Source: Chrysomallon squamiferum
Taxonomy: Eukaryota > Animalia > Mollusca
Assembly (NCBI GenBank): GCA_012295275.1
Contig: CM022676.1
Span: forward strand, 16,182,001 to 16,246,000
Length of the DNA stretch: 64,000 nt
Reading direction: 5' to 3'
In this document: piece by piece, positions 59,145 through 64,000 of the stretch
How positions within the stretch are numbered: the stretch's first letter is position 1
Layout of the letters: every line of letters starts with the position of its first letter
The notes under the pieces: model-generated
Told to the model about the DNA's origin: nothing
Database searches by the model: none
What the model saw: the letters and a program-made list of their open reading frames with translations, nothing else
Made by a program: the position numbers and the translations under genes

Positions 59145-61323
59145 CATCAACATACAAGGTAAAGATAGTGAAATAATTTTCTTCACAATTAGGATTATTT
59201 AAAAATTATTACTATTAAAAATATGGACATCTATATTGCACAGTATATTATAAAATTCAGTAGCCATTTATGAAACCTGGATAGAAATTTTGAACGTGAT
59301 AGTGAACAGATGTTAACTGAGGTATTATTATAGAGGTTGTGGAAGTTCAGTAAAAAAAACAAGATAAATAAATAAACGAAACATTATTGTTTTGTTATTA
59401 CATTATAGACTTTAACATCAACATGCACACATACCTTTAACATCAACACTGCTGGTAAACTTCCATTCCTGTCTGGGATTCCATTTTGCACACTATAGAT
59501 GTACATTCCACTCTCTTCAAACGTAACAGGATTAAACTGTAATCTTTACAGATTACCCGTTACCTTTGTTCCTGGCACATCTTGAATAAACACGCCATTC
59601 CTCTAATGTTTGAAGTGTTGGAAGTTCATGTTGTCAGGACGACCATCAGCAGAATGGTTGATATTCAGTGACGTGTTTTCAGTTGTGTTTAAAGAAGGAA
59701 AAGTCAGATCAGGAGCATCTCTAAACAATTGCTAAATTTACAATAATAAATCAAATCATCAAATTAAACAAGTCATTACTATCATACACTTGAAAATCTA
59801 ACTATCTTCCTAATGGTAACACATTACACTGACTAAGTTAGACTAAGCAAACCAAGACACTGTCTTACAAATATTTTATATATACAATTACAATTCAATT
59901 TTATAAAAAAGAGGAAAAAACATACAAACAAACAAAACAAAAACACAATAAACATCACTAATAAATACTTAATCAGGAATTAAAACATAATTTACATACA
60001 AAGTTAACAGAAATAACAAATAAGTGTTTTAACATATAAATACTCACAGTTAACTATAATTTTAATCTGAGATGTTCCAGTTAGTGTTGCCAGTGAAGAT
60101 GACGCTGTTGCTGTACACGTTTATGTACCGTGGTGTGTTATGTCAAGTACTGCAATATGTAAAGGGAAACCACCAGTCCAGTGAGGTGATGTTGATGTCC
60201 AGTTGATTGTTGTGTTTGGAGGATTGCTGTCTGCTGAACAGTTTAGTACATCCAGACTTTGCTATGATCGGTCCAGATTTAGCAATACTCACTCGTGGAC
60301 GGTCTTTAAAATAAAATAATAGGAATGATATAAATGTGAACATTAAAAATATGTATACTGCGGTATCACCTCATATTTTTCCAGGATCATTTTGCCATAG
60401 TAACTGTTATTAAATAAACATCATGAGATTAGAGTGTTTTCTCAATGTTCACTTTTCCTTCGACTTCACTATTACGAACTTTTTTCAGAATTAATATGAA
60501 GTTTAAAGAAAAATATGAGTAACAATTTGTATGTCAAAGGAAAATTAACCACGTAAGATAATTAAAGAGAGTTGTGCTGAACGGAAAAATGCAGTCTGTA
60601 GAAATAGCAAATTAAAGTTAATCATGATGTAAATATTGAAAAAAATATATATATTTATTTCAGTAAATAGAAAATTCAGCAAAACTCAACGTAAAATAAC
60701 AGTCATGCACTATAAGATAAGTTTATTTGAATATATTATTTTTCAGAGTACTCACTATTGATTAGGGCAATATTTGTCACTAATAAATGAAAGAACATAT
60801 TCAAAACATTTACATTTTGTTTTATTGAATGACAGTATTCACAGTAAACATTTAGTGTTTTATTTTCAGATAACTTTGGATCGTTTTTGTGGAGTGTGAA
60901 GTTATTTGTAGCCTGACACATAAATGTCTGACTGTTGTCTGTGTAGGACAGATGTTTGAACAGCCAGTAGGAGTTTGTGTGTGTGGAATCTTTCACTCCG
61001 TTTTTGAACCAGAGAATCACAGCTGGAGGATTTCCTCTGTCGGACACTGCACAAGTCAGGTTTCTACTCTGACCTTGAAACCAGATCTGGAGATGATGAT
61101 GGATCTAAATAAAACATTATAACTAATTTAAGAAAATGCGTTGTTCAAAACCTTAAGAATAATAACAAAGTATTATAATGTTCTAATCATTATTTCTGTT
61201 ATTTTCCTTCACATGTTTTTATTGTTGCCTTGGTTATTGTCAGTTATATTATTATCAATATCATCAGCAGCATCAATATCATCACTGTCATCATTATTAT
61301 GATTGTTATGATTATTATTGTTA

Positions 61324-61355
<32 letters not shown>

Positions 61356-61375
61356 TATTGTTGTTAAATACTAAC

Positions 61376-61672
61376 AGTACACAGTGAGCGTTTGAGTGTC
61401 TGTGAGATTATATCTGTGAGTCTCGTGTACTGCAATGCACTGACAAGTCTTAGAGTTGAGATTTCTTGTAACTGTAAAAGACAAATCTAGAAAAACACTG
61501 TTTTCATCTCTCTCAGTTGAAGTGTTCCTGTGATCTGTGTCACAAGACAGACTTACTGATGTCACTAGAGGTTTACCACCTGACACAACACAGCGAATGT
61601 TCAGTGTGTCTCCTTCATAAACCACTTGTCCTGTCTTGTATCCTCTTATTTCTGGAGCTTCGACAGGTGTAT
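61376..61672 (-). pseudogene. Only intact Ig exon of the - strand pseudogene (TPVEAPEIRGY...LNIRCVVSGGKPLV...CQCIAVH...LTVY)
   Basis: 297-nt open phase 1-1 exon, TTTCAG/GTTAGT. Confidence 0.85.
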
Positions 61673-62057
61673 CTGAAAACAATAGTTTTAATAAGTTAAA
61701 TAAATAATAATAAAGTAAATAAATAAAAAAATAAATAAATAAAATATAATAAAATAAAATGAAATAAGGATAATAAAAAATAAAAGAACAAGCAAACACA
61801 CTATTTCAAATTCTTATTATCAGTTTATTAATTTTCACTGTTGGCAGGAAGTTGAAAGCTGACTGATGTATGACTATCTCTGAGTGCTTAACCTTATTTT
61901 CAGTTTCAATGACTTGTTAATGACAAATTGTGCAGAAATAAATCCAGGTTGTGTTAGTCACAAAAATGGTATATAAATCAGAGTATCATTCCTGAACCAA
62001 ACTCTACCCAAATAAGTAAATATTCTAAATCTGTTCTTTATTCTTGTTATTGTTAGA

Positions 62058-62108
<51 letters not shown>

Positions 62109-64000
62109 ATTATTAACATTATTACTATATATAATATTTTACATTGTACTCACAAATCAAACTCACTGTAATTTTTGTTTTAAGAGTTTTGTTCAGGTAT
62201 CTCAGAATTCTGTGTTTCACACTCTATTTCATCTCTATCTTGATACCATTGTGGAACCAAAACCATATTCTGACTAAACAGCTTTCCTCCATCACCAGCG
62301 TCTTGTTCTCTGATTGGTTCGCTTGAAATCAGAATCTGACCACTAGTGACATTTCTCCAAGTAATGTTCACACTGGGACTTGATGATGCACTTTTACAGG
62401 TCAAGGTCAATTTTCTGATTCCATCAGCAGCAAAATTAGTTTGGTTTCCAGTTATATCAGTTCTGTCAGGACCAACTCAAATTTAGAACATTTTAAGAAT
62501 AAATATAACATTTCATTAAAGTTAAAAAACATAAACACACCAATATATATATATATATGTTTAAATATAGTAGCTAATAATAATTAATCTGTGTTAGTAA
62601 ATTACAAAATAATCACAAATAAATTCATTTTCTTGAAGAACAATTTTGCTCTGTCTCTACTACTTTATTTTGAACAATCAAAGGAAAAAAAGAAGCATCA
62701 CAGAAGAATTACAAACAGATACATAAATTGTTACTATAGTTTTAACAATGAAATTGTAAACTACATGCTAGTTTCTCACTTGACAAGTGTAGTTCTGATT
62801 GTTATACTTTGTGTTAATAGATTTCAAGACAAGAGTTTGTGTCTGTGTGTCAGTTCCATCAGGAGTTACCCAGTTGACTGTGCCAGCAGGTGTTCCTAGA
62901 AAAGTGGTGTTACACACACAAGTTCCACTCTGTCCTGACTCTATGTAAGTATCTGGACACTCACCACTCAAGTCTGGTGGTCCTACAAGTGAACATTTCA
63001 AAATATATAATAATAATAATAAAAATAAAATGTTATAATTAGTTTAATTATTCAATAATCAACTGACTGTAAAATAAACATGGGAAAACTACTTTTTATG
63101 TACAAGATATCAATGAAGTTAAATACCACTTGACATAACATTACTTAGTATGTCTTAAGTACAGCTTTATTGTAATAAGATCATTTTATTTATTTATAAA
63201 GCTTCTATGTAACAGAAAGTATTAATTCAAATACATGCATCCCACTAAGAGAAAATACATACTGTAATATACCTGTCACAGTTAGACACAGTTTATTTAA
63301 TAATAATTAGTAACAAATAAAAAAATTATTTTCTAACAGAAATAAACAAAAACAAAATTATTTTCTCAAATGAAGAAGTTAATTCTTGACAGTACTCACA
63401 TTTAAAGCTCAAAGGTGGACAGTTCATACACAGCTAAAGTAAAACAATTTTTTATATACTACTTAGTTTTATTATGAAATTAATATCTAATAAGTACTAT
63501 AAAATAGAATGAAAATTTGGTTTACAGTTTCCTTTATTAATTAAAAATTAAAACAAAGTTTAAAAATAATAATAACAATTTTGTGAATGTGAATTTTAAT
63601 TTGTTTATGATAATTTATTTAACTGTATTTTCAGATAGGCCTACCTTTTTGTCATGACATAACAACATTTAATGACAATGAATAATTATGAATGGAATAC
63701 AAGTTATGTACCAGTTGTGTTCTGTAATCTGTTTAATTCATGTAAGTTATGATAGAAATAGAAATATATTATGGCAGTGTTTTAAGTACATACATGTAGA
63801 AACTTTATACACACACCCAGACAAATATATATTACGTATATCTGTGTTTTTTATAACAGTCAATGGTTTGGACCAGATATTTTAAATAATCTTCATAATT
63901 ATTTGAACGAAACTGTGTGATGTCAAATACTGATATGAATTTGCAGTTCTAATGTTACATTAATGTTAATCATATTAAATATCTTTTTTCAAATATGTTA

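Larger units (their letters stand above)
56326..62982 (-). pseudogene. Multi-Ig + FN3 cell-surface protein pseudogene (nephrin/hemicentin-like); 5' end probably beyond the window
   Basis: Seven AG-bounded phase-1 exons: 62982-~62740 (Ig, TAG at 62768); 62475-62154 (Ig, +1 fs); 61672-61376 (Ig, intact); 61104-60843 (Ig, fs); 60303-60048 (Ig, fs plus TAA); 59718-59435 (Ig, 2 stops, Cys lost); 56952-56326 (Ig+FN3, 3 stops). Confidence 0.88.

Noticed and set aside
63400-63433. 34-nt - strand candidate exon (TTTAG...GTGAGT) upstream of the Ig pseudogene
   Set aside because: Splice sites look good, but only one frame is open and joining it to 62982 creates TGA. It cannot be assigned.

Overview
AT-rich, microsatellite-dense, intron-rich animal DNA, probably molluscan (inferred from the style of the Ig domains and repeats). 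It is not prokaryotic, and most ORFs in the supplied track are microsatellite or intron read-through artefacts. Reading splice sites by eye gives four things. (1) A + strand receptor gene or gene pair: a signal-peptide exon at 1170-1227, ten six-cysteine (group A) SRCR domains, then Ig, Ig, FN3, a putative TM exon and short cytoplasmic exons (to about 53210). Each SRCR domain is split into a 145-nt phase 1-2 'A' exon and a 170/176-nt phase 2-1 'B' exon, arranged as three I-II-III triplets plus one more domain. Two B exons carry +1 frameshifts. (2) An intact but inverted eleventh A exon (6997-7141, - strand) inside a ~1.2-kb inverted duplication in the first intron. (3) A convergent - strand multi-Ig/FN3 (nephrin/hemicentin-like) pseudogene at 56326-62982 with many stops and frameshifts. 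(4) Layers of segmental duplication, five decayed copies of the promoter/leader exon, a duplicated ISRE/ETS-IRF-like element, two copies of a Gypsy LTR relic, a non-LTR retrotransposon 3' fragment and a Tigger-like end. The most interesting candidate is a modular half-domain SRCR system with localised hypervariability, one deletion-made chimaeric domain and an invertible spare half-exon. All gene models come from sequence alone; there is no expression evidence.
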